Source of the DNA: Octopus bimaculoides
Lineage: Eukaryota
DNA length: 64,000 bases
Direction: 5' to 3'
Assembly: GCF_001194135.2 (NCBI RefSeq)
Contig: NC_069002.1
Span: 6,132,014-6,196,013 of the forward strand
Shown: piece after piece, positions 27,536 to 41,320 of the stretch
Layout: every line of letters begins with the position of its first letter
Position numbering within the stretch: position 1 is the stretch's first letter
Program-made: the position numbers and the translations under genes
Notes under the pieces: model-generated
Database searches by the model: none
The model's input: the letters and a program-made list of their open reading frames with translations, nothing else
Told to the model about the DNA's origin: nothing

Positions 27536-29374
27536 GTTTATATACATATGTATGTATGTATGTATGTATAATTATTTGAAGTCAACTTTACAAAAAAATG
27601 AAACAACTTGAAAATACAAAAAAAAAAAAACAAGTTCAAGCAAACCAACCAAAAACCAACAAACAAAAGAATCGGTCAGATTTACTCATCTGTCTAAGTC
27701 GTGTCAGACTGGAATATTGAAACTAAAGAACGTTACTGAAATACGAGAACATGAAGTTGAAACCAGCTGAAATGTCCTTTACTGGTAATTACCAATTAAT
27801 TTTTCCTAATTTTTCACATTTATCTGACACTAATTTCTAAAATGCTGAATTGCAATAATTATCCAATTGTTTCATTAAATATGTAACAGTAAAAATTTAA
27901 AAAAAAAGATTCACAGAGCTGTACATAGTTTACTTTTTTTTGTTTTCATGCCATTTTCTTCTTCTTCATCTCAAAAACTTAAAATGTTATTTATTCAGTT
28001 CTGTGACATGAATATCTTTTCCCTTTTTTAATTTTGACATTGAGATCCTCTTAGGGATAGAACGAGGTATCGTTTGGAAATTAGCCACAGACATTTTATC
28101 TTTCATCTTTTCTTTCAGTTATCGGACTGCAGCCCTGTTGAGGGCATCGCCTTGAAGAGATTAGTCAAACAAAGCAACCTTGGTACTTTATTTTTTTTTT
28201 TAAGTCCAGTACTTGTTCTATGAGTCTCTTTCACCAAATTGCTAAGTCCATGGGATGCAAACAAATTAACACTAGTATTCTACAAGTCTCTTTCACCAAA
28301 GTGCTAAGTCCATGGGATGCAAGCAAACTAACACCATACATATACACTTTTCCATATTATGTCTTTGTGTTTGTGTTTAGCAACTGTTACTAATGTGTTT
28401 ACACCCCCGTAACTTAGGGGTTTGGCAACAGAATAGAATAAGTACCGAGCTTAAATAAGTACTGGGGGTGATTCATTCGACTAGAAATTTCTTCAAGACA
28501 ATGCCCCAGCATGGCCAGTCTAACGACTGAAACAATTAAAAGATAGAAGACATATACAACAGGCTTCTTTTAGTTTCCATCTACCAAATCTACTCATAAG
28601 GCTTTGGCTGGCCCAGGGCAACAATACAAGACACTTGCCCAATATGCCATGCAGTGGGATTGAAACAGAAGCCATACAATTGGGAATCAAACTTCTTACC
28701 ACATAACCATGCCAGCACCTTCTTTAGAAAAAACAATTGGGAAATTTGCAATATTTCTTACTGCACAAAGCAAACACCAAGGATTCTGTTTACTTTGTTT
28801 AGAACGGAATGTAACAGTAGCATCAACTTTTACTAAATGCATCACAATAAGTTCAAACATTATTAATATTAAATATGTCCATAATAGTTTTAATTCCATT
28901 GATATGAGTACTGTGAGCAACAAAACAGAAATATTTATTAAATTTTCAAAACAGAATTTTAGCCATTAATTCATAAAAGACTAAGCAAACAGGGATATTC
29001 TAAAAGATTTATCTAATTATATTTAATTCTATCCTTTCATTCTTTTACTGCTATCAGTCATTGGACTGCGACCACACTGGGGCACTGCCTACAATGGGTT
29101 TTAGTCGATTATATCGACCTCTGTTAAGTTGTTTGAATCTTTGCTATTAATTTCAGTTTAGAAAAAAAAATTATTCCACAATAATTCTACCAAAAATTAT
29201 TTATACAAATGCAGAAATACATGTCTGTTCTGTGGAACATTTCATTGTTCTTGTAGGCTAAGGGAAAGCAGTGTCTGCACTGAGATTGTGTGTAGAGGGA
29301 GATAATTCAATCGAACTTAAATACCGCATGATATTTCTGTTCAAATGCACCCATTTCCTCCCCACACACTGATA

Positions 29375-29683
29375 TACACATACATCAAAACAAAGAACTG
29401 CAGGATGGATTCGGATGAAACTTTCAGGGATGTTTGGCCTCATGTCTGGCACAAACTGATTACATTTTGGGATTGATCTGGTACTGGACAAGGATTCTGG
29501 ATTATTTTTCCTGTTTTTTTTACTTAATTTTTGAGAGCAGTCGGGTTCACATTTAGTATTCTCGTTTGTGAGAGCAGTCAAGTTTATTTCAGATATTCTC
29601 ATTTTAAAAATCATCTCCGGCTAATCATTGACAGGCTGCTGGTGTTGCCGTGGTGGAGGTTTGCGCTCTCTGAGTGCTCTTGT
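29375..29683 (+). mobile_element. Helentron/HINE-like non-autonomous element
   Basis: ggatggattcggatgaaactttcagg...; 3' end ggtggaggtttgcgctctctgagtgctctt resembles recalled Helentron-family termini. Confidence 0.5.
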
Positions 29684-29885
29684 TATTATTATATTGCTAA
29701 TCAAAGAGAAAATTTAATGATTTTCAAAAGATAAATAAATCTTCCTTTGAAACAGGATATTTAAATCAGTTACACAGATAAGCCATCTGCATGAAAAATA
29801 ATAGTTAAGTTGCTATTAATATATCCCCCATTGTAATCATTAAATATCTAATTAGAAATATCTATGCAGAGAAGGAAATACAACA

Positions 29886-30113
29886 CGACCTTTTTGATAG
29901 CAACGAGCCTGAAACCAGCCTTGTCTCTAAGTTATGAGCTCCTTGTTCTAAAGCATTCTAAATTAAAACTGTCCATCAAAATTTTATGTTGTTTATATTT
30001 CAAATTCCAACTTAATAATGAATAAGTTGTTTTATTAATTTCTTCATTATTTTCGAAATTAACTGAAGTAAACACAGTGTATTTCAACAGAAATGTGGTA
30101 ACGAAAGAGTTAA
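29886..30113. mobile_element. piggyBac-like MITE
   Basis: Right end gtaacgaaagagttaa, degenerate inverted left end gaccttttt gatagc. Confidence 0.45.
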
Positions 30114-30240
30114 TAATGAATGTTATTTTAATAAATTTGTTATTACTTTAAAAATAAATCCACACAAAGATGGTGTATTTAATGAAGGCATAATTCAATG
30201 ATTATTATCATTTAAATAATCTAAGTTAATATGGGAGTCA

Positions 30241-30282
30241 ACTCTGAGCATGTTTCCATCTTATTAGACCTCATCAGTGAAG
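30241..30282 (-). ncRNA. Decayed minimal hammerhead motif
   Basis: CTGATGA-GGTCT(AATA)AGATG-GAAACATG; stem I not recoverable. Confidence 0.3.
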
Positions 30283-30954
30283 TATACACTTCAGCAAACA
30301 AGTTATAATAGTGGTGAGAAACTCACTAGGTGTACAATATTGTATTGAGTAGGCGTGGAATATTGGTATATTCAAAAAAAGAAAAATAGTTATTGATGTT
30401 ATACATTTTTCCAAAGATCTATAATCTATTCAATTGCACTTTTTTTTTTCCAAAAATATTATTCAAACATCCAGTGGACATTCTTTCATTTTTTGCTCTT
30501 TTTTTTGTTTTTTTGTTTTTTTTGTTTCTTTGTTCATCTTTTGTAAAACAGATGTTTGAAAACAGTATTATTAACCTTTTAATTAAACATAAACTATATT
30601 GATGATAGAATGAGAATTTAGATAAAATTCAATTATGTTTATGATTTGTTAAATAATATATATATATTTATAAATCAGTCTAAATGTAACTCCAAAAACA
30701 GATGTTGTTATTTAGCCCCGAGTCACCTTTGATTGTGCGCTTAAATCTATAATCAAAAGAGTTCCACTCGTGCCGGTGCCATCTTTTCTTTATCTAGACA
30801 TTATATAACCAATATATTTATGTTTTCAATATCTTTTTTTACCCTTTAACTGTGAAATTAAATTCCATAGTTATTCTGGTCCTGATGTTAAAAATTTACA
30901 ACACAATAGAATCGGTACTTTCTGCAAGTTATCTTCTTTCAATAAAACACAACA

Positions 30955-31255
30955 ACAGGCGCGGGCATGGCTGTGTGGTAAAAAGCTTGCTTTCCAAACA
31001 CATGGTTCTCGTGTTCAATTCCTATTGCATGGCACCTTGGGCGTGCATCTTCTACAATAGCCTCCGGCCAACCAAAGTCTTGAGAGTAGATTTAGTAGAC
31101 GGAAACGGAAACTGAAAGAAGCCCGTCGTGTGTGTGTGTGTGTGTGTGTGCGAGTGTCTTTGTGTATGTGTTGATCCATACAATGAGTGTTAGTGTGTTT
31201 ACATCCCTGGCAAAAGAGAACGACAGAATAAATACCAGACTTTAAAAAAATAAAC
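30955..31255 (+). mobile_element. SINE family A
   Basis: ggcgcgggcatggctgtgtggtaaaaagcttgctttcc...ggaaactgaaagaagcccgtcg(tg)n. Confidence 0.8.
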
Positions 31256-31304
31256 ACACCAACACCAGTTGTCAAGCAGTGGTGGAGGACAAAGACATAT
31301 ATAT

Positions 31305-31460
31305 GACAGGCTTCTTTTAGTTTCCATCTACCAAATTCACTAACACGGCTTCAGTTGGCCCAAGGCTATAGTAAAAGACACTTGCTCAAGGTGCCATGCC
31401 ATGGAACTGAACCTGGAATCATGTGGTTAGGAAATAAACGTCTTACCACACAGCCATATT
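31305..31460 (-). mobile_element. SINE family A head, inverted next to 30955-31255
   Basis: ggcttcttttagtttccatctaccaaattcac...cttaccacacagcc. Confidence 0.75.
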
Positions 31461-31785
31461 TGTGCCTAGAAATACTAACATTTTCAATATTGCCATTTTT
31501 TCAAAACAACATTTTTTTTTAAGTGTTTGAGTCTAAAGAAATTCATTGGCCATTTCTGGAAGGTAGCGAAATGACGCTGACTCTTTGATTAATGTGGGAA
31601 TAATTTGGTTACTATTTCGGTTTTGCAAACATTCAGGTCAGGACTCTGGTTTGAGGATATCTTTCACCTTCTCCATCCTCCTGGTCTTGGAGGGTCTGTA
31701 AAACACCATAGACATTACTATTCCCACCAGACTTCAAAGCTTTGTAAGTGGATCTGGTAGACAGAAACTGAAAGAAGCCTGTCAT

Positions 31786-32160
<375 letters not shown>

Positions 32161-32916
32161 TGTGTGTTTCCCATCACCGCTTGACAACAGTGTTGGTTTG
32201 TTTACATTCCCATAACCTAGTGGTTCGGCAAAAGACACTGATAGAATATGTAGCAGGCTTAAAAAGAATAAGTACTAGAGTCACTCAATCTGTTCAACTA
32301 AAATCTTCAAAAGCTGTGCCACAGCATGGCCACAGTCCATTGACTTAAACAAGCACATAAAAATAAAGAAATAATTAAAAAGATAAAAACGCAACAAGGA
32401 AAAACCAATATTCTAAGACGTCTTGTAGATCAGTTATTTACGTACATATTTGATTAATTTTTCCCTTTTTTCTTTTTCCTGTTTTTATCCTTTTTAAATT
32501 ACAAGACAGAAAATGGTAGAAACAAAATTAAATTTCATCTCTGGATTAATCTTATTGAATATAATAAATCTTTTCAGTTATCATATCAATTCATTTCCAG
32601 CACAGCAATGCCAAGATTTCGCAGAATTTTATTACTCAAAAACATTTCTTTCCCTATAATTACATCTTTCATCGTGTTACTTCATTAAAAAAAAATCATT
32701 CATCTGCGAACAATTCAATTATTTCTCATTTCCAAATTTATTCATTTTTGTTGAGTGCAACCTTTAAATGTACTTTACACATTCTTGGAAGTTTTTTTCT
32801 AAATTTAAAATCTGCGAAACACTTGCTTACTCGCTAACATACTTGCATGTTTATTTGCTTGCATGCATCTCAGGATTACTTATTCTCTAACAATTGCTCT
32901 GCTTGTCAGAATATTC

Positions 32917-32955
32917 TTTGCTGATGAGGCCAAATAAGATAGAAACATACCCAAA
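32917..32955 (+). ncRNA. Decayed minimal hammerhead motif
   Basis: TTTG-CTGATGA-GGCCAAATAAGATA-GAAAC-AT-ACC-CAAA; stem I intact, stem II and NUH mutated. Confidence 0.4.
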
Positions 32956-33270
32956 CTTTTCACCTTATTGCTTAAGATTCAGATTCCACCTTTTACTTGT
33001 TTTGATCACTGAACTGTGGCCATACAGAACAGATCAACTACGATACTTTTTTATGTCTGGTATTTATTCTATAGGTTAGTATCAAAAGGGTAAACCAAAA
33101 TAGGTAAAATATACATAAAAAATTAAGTATTGGAATACTGACTCCTCTTTCTAGCAATGATGGTGCATTTGGTACCCTAATTTTTATGTATATTTTACTT
33201 ATTAGGGTCAAGCTTGCTGGCTGCTTTATTATTATTATTATTATTATTATTAATGATATCTTATTTACAC

Positions 33271-33307
<37 letters not shown>

Positions 33308-34678
33308 GTAAGAGAGTTAGGGGTTGAGGATTCAACCCACTAAGGGATAGTATCTATCAAATATACTGCTGGGAGGGTGCCCAATTATTGTTACACTAGT
33401 GTTATACCAAGTGTAATAAGTGGGTGCGGGTAAAAGGGGGGTTATTTTACCCTAAATTTATATAGCAATAAGAAAATGGAGGAGAATATGTGGTATCCAT
33501 CGACTTGCAGACAGTGTATTCCGTTGAATTAATCAATTTATTTTGTAACTAAAATGACAAAAACCACAATATACAGATGCTTATGACATACCATGTCATA
33601 TTAACAATCGANNNNNNNNNNATATATATATATATAATATTTATCCAGACCATGAAATTATAGGTGTGGATTATATTTCTGACTGCCAAGTCTCAGCTGC
33701 TCAAAAGAAAGGAATTATTTTTACCTATTTTTAAAATAGCATTATCTCTGACTGACTGATCTTTGTACCTTACTGCAATTATGGTCGATGGCTAACTTCT
33801 GAGAGATTAGTGTACAGTACATTCTTATGATGGAAACGTTTAAATATTTTATATTGGTGGTTGCTTTTTAGTTTTTGCAATATAATTGGACGTTTTTAGG
33901 ATCTAGCCTCACTTAGTAGCCTGTATCGCATTACAACGTTTAAGCTGATCACTAACGAGTTTTATAAATAATATATTATCCACTTATCTTTGGTAACAAA
34001 ATTCCTCTGACAATAATTGTAAAATTATTGTTTTCACATGCATGCATATAAACCTAAATTGCATATTTTCTCTACTAATGCAGTCCAGTATTTGCCATTT
34101 GATACAGGATAATGACACGGCAGTAGATGCGGGGAGTGACTGCACAAACTGATTGATTTGGTAGTGTGCAGTTCAGAGTTTGGAATATGACATAGCGTTT
34201 TATCTTTCTCCAAAGACAACGAAATAAGTCGCTGCTTCAATAAATGGTAAAAAAATATGACTAGTAAATTGATGTGGCTGCACCAAGCAGTCAATCAAAT
34301 TTGTATTGGTCCAAAGCTATGCTCCATGGGTACAAAAGGGTCTCTATCTCCTCTCCTTCAGTGAGGTGTATGAGTGTGAGTATGTATGTGTATATATATG
34401 TGTGTGTGCGTGTGTGTGTGTATATATGTGTGTGTGTGCATGATTGTGTGTATGCATATGTGTGTGTCTTTGTGTTTGTCTCCCGCCAGAGCTTGACAGC
34501 TGGTGTTGGTGTGTTTATGTCCCCGTAACTTAGCGATTCAGAACATGGGGCCAATAGAATAATTACCAAGCTTAAAAGAAGAAAAAAGTAGTGAGGGGGA
34601 GGGTCAATTCCTACAGCTAAAACTTTGCGAGGCAATGCCCCAGTATGGCTGCAGCTGAATGATGGAAACAAGTAAAAG

Positions 34679-34719
<41 letters not shown>

Positions 34720-34828
34720 GTGATAGTAGTGTTTGTTGAAAGTTGTACAGGCAGTGGTGGTGGTTTTGGTGTTAGTAGTAGTACTAGTACAAACAGCAGC
34801 ACCACCAGAAGTAACAGTGGTGGTGGTA

Positions 34829-34861
<33 letters not shown>

Positions 34862-35153
34862 GTTATAAATCCTCAGAGGATGGAATCTGCCATTCTGTTT
34901 CCATTTCAAGATATGACAGCTTCCTTTAAAATACTCATTTGCTCTGGGGAGATACAAGAATGTCAAAACTACCAACTCTACTAACTCACTCCCCTATCTT
35001 CGGTGCTTCCTTGGAATATTGTATATATATCATAAATATATATATAAGCAGGTAAAACTATCAAACTCTTTTATTTTTATGAATTGCATTATTTTGGTTT
35101 TTCAGAAAAAAATATAATTATAAAAGTTTATTTACATATACACACACATATAT

Positions 35154-35490
35154 AGGTGGAGGTGTGGCTGTGTGGTAAGAAGCTTGCTTCCCAACCACAT
35201 TGTTCCAGGTTCAGTCCCATTGCGCACCAACCAAGGCCTTGTGAGTGGATTTGGTAGATGGAAACCGAAAGAAGCTCATTGTATATGTGTGTGTGTCCAT
35301 CACTGCTTGACAAGCAGGGTTAGTATGTTAACATTCCTGTAACTTAGCGGTTCTGCAAAAGAGACCGACTGAATAAGTACCAGACTTAACAAAATTAAGG
35401 TACTGGGGTTAATTCATTCCACTAAAAATTCTTCAAGACGCTGCCCCAGCATGGCCAAAATGCAACGGTTGGAACAAGTGAAAAATTAAA
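35154..35490 (+). mobile_element. tRNA-derived SINE family A, near full length
   Basis: Head ggtgtggctgtgtggtaagaagcttgcttcccaaccac...ggttcagtccc (A/B-box-like), microsatellite middle, tail ccccagcatggcc. Confidence 0.85.
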
Positions 35491-35788
35491 AAAATATATA
35501 CACACATATAAAACACCGTCATCATTATCATCATTTAACGTCCATGTTCCATGTTGGCATGGGTTGGACAATTTGATAGGGGTCAATATGTCCAAGGATT
35601 GCATCATGTTGTAATGCTGGCTTTGGCTGGATGCCCTTCCTAATGCCAACCAGAGCTGTCGTCTTAAGGCATGGGCACACTGGCCAACTGCCCAGAGGAC
35701 TCGTGATTCTAGGGGCCAAATTTTGTTCTATGTATATTGTAGCATGCTGTCAATAAAAAATACTACAGGGCCCTGTGCATTAATTTCC

Positions 35789-36160
35789 TTGTTTCATTCA
35801 ATTGATTGTGGCCATGCTGGAGTAACGTATTTTAGTCGAAGAAATCAACCCCGGGAGCTTATTCTTTGTAAGTCTGGTGCTTATTCTATCAGTCTCTTCT
35901 GCCAAACTGCTCGGTTATGGGGACATAAACACACCAACATCGGTTGTCAAGTGACTTTGGTGGGGGGGTACAAACACAGACACAAACACACACATAAATA
36001 CATACATACATACTTCTTTCAGTTTCTGTCTACCAAATCCACTCAAGGCTTTGGTCAGCCTGAGGCCAGAGTAGAAGACACATGCCCAAGGTACCATGCA
36101 GCAAGATTGAACCTGGAACCATGTGGTTGGGAAGCAAGCTTCTTACCACACACCCACCTG
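35789..36160 (-). mobile_element. SINE family A, full length, inverted relative to 35154-35490
   Basis: Reverse complement of family A head and tail. Confidence 0.85.
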
Positions 36161-37913
36161 CATCCATAGTAGAGGGCACTGTTCCAATGTGCTACGCAGT
36201 AGGACCAAACCCGGAACCATATTTTGAAAACAGCGAGATGGGAGAATTATTATTAGCATGTCGGACGAAAAGCTGAGCTGCATCCCTTTCAGCTGTTTAC
36301 ATTCTGAGTTCAAATTCCACTAAGGTCAACTTCACCTTTCATCCCTCCTGGGCGTCAATAGAATAAAGTAACAGTTANNNNNNNNNNNNNNNNNNNNNNN
36401 NNNNNNNNNNNNNNNNNNNNNNNNNNNNNNNNNNNNNNNNNNNNNNNNNNNNNNNNNNNNNNNNNNNNNNNNNNNNNNNNNNNNNNNNNNNNNNNNNNNN
36501 NNNNNNNNNNNNNNNNNNNNNNNNNNNNNNNNNNNNNNNNNNNNNNNNNNNNNNNNNNNNNNNNNNNNNNNNNNNNNNNNNNNNNNNNNNNNNNNNNNNN
36601 NNNNNNNNNNNNNNNNNNNNNNNNNNNNNNNNNNNNNNNNNNNNNNNNNNNNNNNNNNNNNNNNNNNNNNNNNNNNNNNNNNNNNNNNNNNNNNNNNNNN
36701 NNNNNNNNNNNNNNNNNNNNNNNNNNNNNNNNNNNNNNNNNNNNNNNNNNNNNNNNNNNNNNNNNNNNNNNNNNNNNNNNNNNNNNNNNNNNNNNNNNNN
36801 NNNNNNNNNNNNNNNNNNNNNNNNNNNNNNNNNNNNNNNNNNNNNNNNNNNNNNNNNNNNNNNNNNNNNNNNNNNNNNNNNNNNNNNNNNNNNNNNNNNN
36901 NNNNNNNNNNNNNNNNNNNNNNNNNNNNNAAAAAAAAAAAAAAAAACGAAAGAAAGACAAGAAAAAAAATAGAAACAAAGAGTTGTAGATTGTAGACAAG
37001 TATATTAGCTGCGAAAATACTGTGAAAGCCTTTCTTTCTTTCCCTTCAATATCGATAAAAGAGCTAATATCAAGAAAATGGTAATTCAAAAGTTTGACAA
37101 TGAAGTTAACATCATTTAAACATATTTCCTGGAAATGTCACAGAGATATATTATTTCATTACTAAATGTCAGTGCCACAAATAGGTTAAAACGTATATCA
37201 AATAGTTTCTATACTACATAAGGCGTGGCTGTTCTGTTAAGAAATTCGCTTCCCAACCACATGGTTCCGGGGTTCAGTCCCACTGCATGGGACATTGGAA
37301 GGGTATCTCCTGCTACAGCCTGCAGGCCAACCAAAGCTTTGTGAGTGGATTTGGTAGATGGAAACTGAAAGAAGCCTGTCATAAGGTACCCCTTGAAGAA
37401 TTTCTGTCGAATGAATCAACCAAACTACATGTGTTTTTGATGTTTGGTACTTATTCTATCTATTTCTTTTGCCAAACTGCTAGGTTATGGGGCTGTAAAA
37501 AAACACACCAACGCTGGTTGCCAAGCTTCAGTATTTTCTCTATTTTTCTTTTGATGTTTGTCTTTCTGTCTATCTGTTTCTGTGTCTGTCTGACCCTGTG
37601 CCTGTCTAGCTGTCTATCTCTGTCTGTCTGTCTTTGTCTGTCTATCTGAATGTGTGTCTGAATCTGTGTGTGTGTGTCTCTCTCTCTCTCTCACACACAC
37701 TTGGTCTCTTTCTCTCTCTCTAATGGTACTAAACAGATAAATTTATCCATTCAGCACCATTAGTAAACCTCACTCTCTGATGAAAACGCACAGCCAGAAA
37801 CGCAAGACTTTTCCTCTTCTTTCTTCCTTCCTCGCGACAAACCAATTCATTTCATTTCTCTTTCTTTCCCTTTTCTCTTCCTCCTGCACCCCCACCCTTC
37901 CCCATATCATATA

Positions 37914-37945
<32 letters not shown>

Positions 37946-37959
37946 CGAGAGAGAGAGAA

Positions 37960-37991
<32 letters not shown>

Positions 37992-38073
37992 CCAGCTTAA
38001 TCTCTTCGGATTAAAAGAACATTTTCACCTTAAGCAGCTGTTGACACTCTGCAGCGTCCAAGCACACACTTAC

Positions 38074-38120
38074 TTGCCAGGGACAAAGTGCAGAGTGCTT
38101 GTGCGGATCTTAGGACACAT
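38074..38120 (-). CDS. Possible alternative first coding exon (MCPKIRTSTLHFVPG + 2 nt)
   Basis: ATG at 38120, consensus donor GCAA|gtaagt; ends in phase 2, the phase needed to join the missing C2A exon; no homology recognised. Confidence 0.2.
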
Positions 38121-38330
38121 TTACAAGAAAGCTACTCACCTAATCAATAAACCCTCCCACAGAGACAAAACTATCTTTAACCCATTTTTGTACACTATAG
38201 TATTATTATTATTATTATTATATTGGTACTATAAAGAATTCTGCTCTTTAAAAATAATTCTCAGCTGCATTCCACTTTTAACTACATCTGTTTATTGCCT
38301 TTCACACACACACACACACACACCCACACA

Positions 38331-38367
<37 letters not shown>

Positions 38368-38579
38368 AATGATACACCGAACGAATACTGCATGCAGTCC
38401 TCCCTTCTGAGAGCAGATATTTCGAGACACTCTTCTATTTCCTCACATTACAGTAAATGCCAAAACGCTTCAGACTTCACATACGTCACCCCAGACTCTC
38501 TGGTCGCAAAGTGCTTACAAAATACGATGGCAAATGTCCTTTACACTTCAGCAAGGACTGCATCTATTCCAAGGAAGCC

Positions 38580-39030
38580 TCAACAGGGCTGCTCGGCCAG
38601 CTAGTAATAGCAGCTACGTGTCCTTCAAACCATACCCAACTGTCTTTAAAGAAAAGGACACATTCGATGATGCAATACACTATGTCAATGATGGAGATTC
38701 TACATGGTTGTTTCACCTGCTAGAAATAACAGCTAAATCCCTCTCAACTCATACACTACCATCTTAAAAGAAATGAAGGACACACTACACATTAGAGAAT
38801 GCAATTCTAGATCCACTATGTCAATGATGGGGGTTCAACATGATTGCTTCTCCTTCAAATCAGACACTACCATCTTAAAAGAAATGAAGGACACATTAAA
38901 GAATGAAATTCTAGATACAATTCATCAATGACGGACGTTCTACAAGATTGCTTGAACTGCTAGAAATAACAGCCAAATCTCTCTCCAATCACATCCTACT
39001 GTCACAAAAAAAAAACACATTTTGAATAAA
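38580..39030 (+). repeat. Tandem ~120-130 bp degenerate repeat
   Basis: Recurrent cactaccatcttaaaagaaatgaaggacac, cactatgtcaatgatgg and ctgctagaaataacagc. Confidence 0.7.
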
Positions 39031-39159
39031 TTAAACTTGGGCTATTTCTGGGGAGGGAGAGATGTTAAGAAATAAATGATGAATAAATAAATAAATAAAT
39101 AGATAAACAATGGCTAACAGTGATTGACTAAACAAACCACCATTAACAATAGTTATGTT

Positions 39160-39459
39160 TATGTTGGCACTCTGTCGTTTACGACGTCGAGGGTTCCGGT
39201 TGATCTGATCAACGGAACAGCCTGCTCGTGAAATTAACATGCAAGTGGCTGAGCACTCCACAGACACGTGTACCCTTAATGTAGTTCTCGGGGGATATTC
39301 AGCGTGACACAGTGTGATGAGGCTGGCCCTTTGAATTACAGGCACAACAGAAACAGGAAGAAAGAGTGAGAGAACGTTGTGGTGAAAGAGTACAGCAGGA
39401 TTCGCCACCATCCCCTGCCGGAGCCTCGCGGAGTTTTTTAGGTGTATTCGCTCAATAAA
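39160..39459 (-). mobile_element. SINE family C variant, head lost in gap
   Basis: Shares agaaacaggaagaaagagtga...ccctgccggagcctc...cgctcaataaa with 46150-46255; tail shared with 61545-61625. Confidence 0.75.
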
Positions 39460-40184
39460 NNNNNNNNNNNNNNNNNNNNNNNNNNNNNNNNNNNNNNNNN
39501 NNNNNNNNNNNNNNNNNNNNNNNNNNNNNNNNNNNNNNNNNNNNNNNNNNNNNNNNNNNNNNNNNNNNNNNNNNNNNNNNNNNNNNNNNNNNNNNNNNNN
39601 NNNNNNNNNNNNNNNNNNNNNNNNNNNNNNNNNNNNNNNNNNNNNNNNNNNNNNNNNNNNNNNNNNNNNNNNNNNNNNNNNNNNNNNNNNNNNNNNNNNN
39701 NNNNNNNNNNNNNNNNNNNNNNNNNNNNNNNNNNNNNNNNNNNNNNNNNNNNNNNNNNNNNNNNNNNNNNNNNNNNNNNNNNNNNNNNNNNNNNNNNNNN
39801 NNNNNNNNNNNNNNNNNNNNNNNNNNNNNNNNNNNNNNNNNNNNNNNNNNNNNNNNNNNNNNNNNNNNNNNNNNNNNNNNNNNNNNNNNNNNNNNNNNNN
39901 NNNNNNNNNNNNNNNNNNNNNNNNNNNNNNNNNNNNNNNNNNNNNNNNNNNNNNNNNNNNNNNNNNNNNNNNNNNNNNNNNNNNNNNNNNNNNNNNNNNN
40001 NNNNNNNNNNNNNNNNNNNNNNNNNNNNNNNCATTTGATACATCTATATCACTCAATCTCTCTCTCTCTCTCTCTACATATATATATATATATATGGGAG
40101 AATTTATGAAAAAAACAACAGACTAGGACAGGTGGTGTAAACAACAAAAGGATGTATTAGTTTAACGCTCGGGAATACAGAAAG

Positions 40185-40221
40185 TCTTTAACGTTTCGAG
40201 CTACGCTCTTCAACAGAAAGA
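40185..40221 (-). ncRNA. Minimal type I hammerhead ribozyme-like motif
   Basis: UCUUU-CUGUUGA-A-GAGC(GUA)GCUC-GAAAC-GUU-AAAGA; stems I and II perfect; palindromic AACGUU stem III; A6 replaced by U. Confidence 0.65.
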
Positions 40222-41127
40222 ATACGGAGAAAACAAGGAGAAAAACACAGAGAAAGCAAGGAGAAAAACACAGAGAAAACAAGGAGAAAAACACAGAGAA
40301 AAAAAATTGAATGTTTTGGTCAGCGATCAATCATGGTGACTGATTATATATATATATGTATATATATATATATTTATATAGAATATATTTCTGTACTACA
40401 GTTTCTGCCTGTCCAGTTCCACTCACAACACATTGGTCGGCAATAATCACTAAATATAATGACAAGCTGCACAATGGGACTTATTTTGTTTTGAGAAGAA
40501 TATGGAAAAAGAAATTTCAGATTTGAGTCACGAAATGAATGAGGGGGAGAGAAAGAGAGAAAGAGAGCAAAAGTGACATAGCAACTAAAATTATACGTAA
40601 TCGTTTTAAAAATCTTTAATTAAATTCCACTGCAATTACAATTCATCAATTTTTAATATGCATAAGCAATTATTTTGGGAGATTTTTAAATTAAAACAAC
40701 TATTATGACAGGTCAGTTGAAATGAAATATGAAAGAGATTTAAATAAGTGAAGTCCTGTTATGCAGAAAAATCTGATGTACCACACTGCGTTAACAAAGA
40801 TATTTAGCTGCTTGACCTGCTAAGAATAGCAACCAAATCTCCCTCAAATATATCTGTAAGATCACAGCCTCAATTCAGTTATGTAACAAGATAAAACACC
40901 CATGATATGGCCAATGATAGAGCTTCTATCGAGTCACTTAACTATCTAGAAGTAGCAGCTAAGGCCTTTAAATGGGGTTCATTTGGCCCAAATAATCTAC
41001 CAGTTTTGAGCTCAAATGGACTAGATCCAGCCTCTCACACCTACCTTACAATGTCATTCTTAAACTAAACAATCACCACATCAAAATCTTGACGCTACAA
41101 GATAATGCATGATTAATTCATAAACAA

Positions 41128-41320
41128 TAGGCGCAGGCATGGCTGTGTGGTAAGAAGCTTGCTTCCCAACTACATGGTTCCAGGGTGAATGTCTTCTACT
41201 ATAGCCTCAGGCCAACCAAAGCCTTGTGAGTGGATTTGGTAGGCAGAAACCGAAAGCTCATATATATATATATATATATATATACACGTATATGTATGTA
41301 TGTATATGTATATGTGTCTT
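41128..41320 (+). mobile_element. SINE family A head plus microsatellite
   Basis: ggcgcaggcatggctgtgtggtaagaagcttgcttccc; further head copies near 2778-2908(-), 8358-8530(+), 22450-22610(+), 23470-23600(-), 26565-26695(-), 28555-28720(-), 37222-37385(+), 61040-61285(-). Confidence 0.8.

Noticed and set aside
37774-37810. CTGATGA...GAAAC hammerhead-like spacing
   Set aside because: No stem II and no NUH triplet
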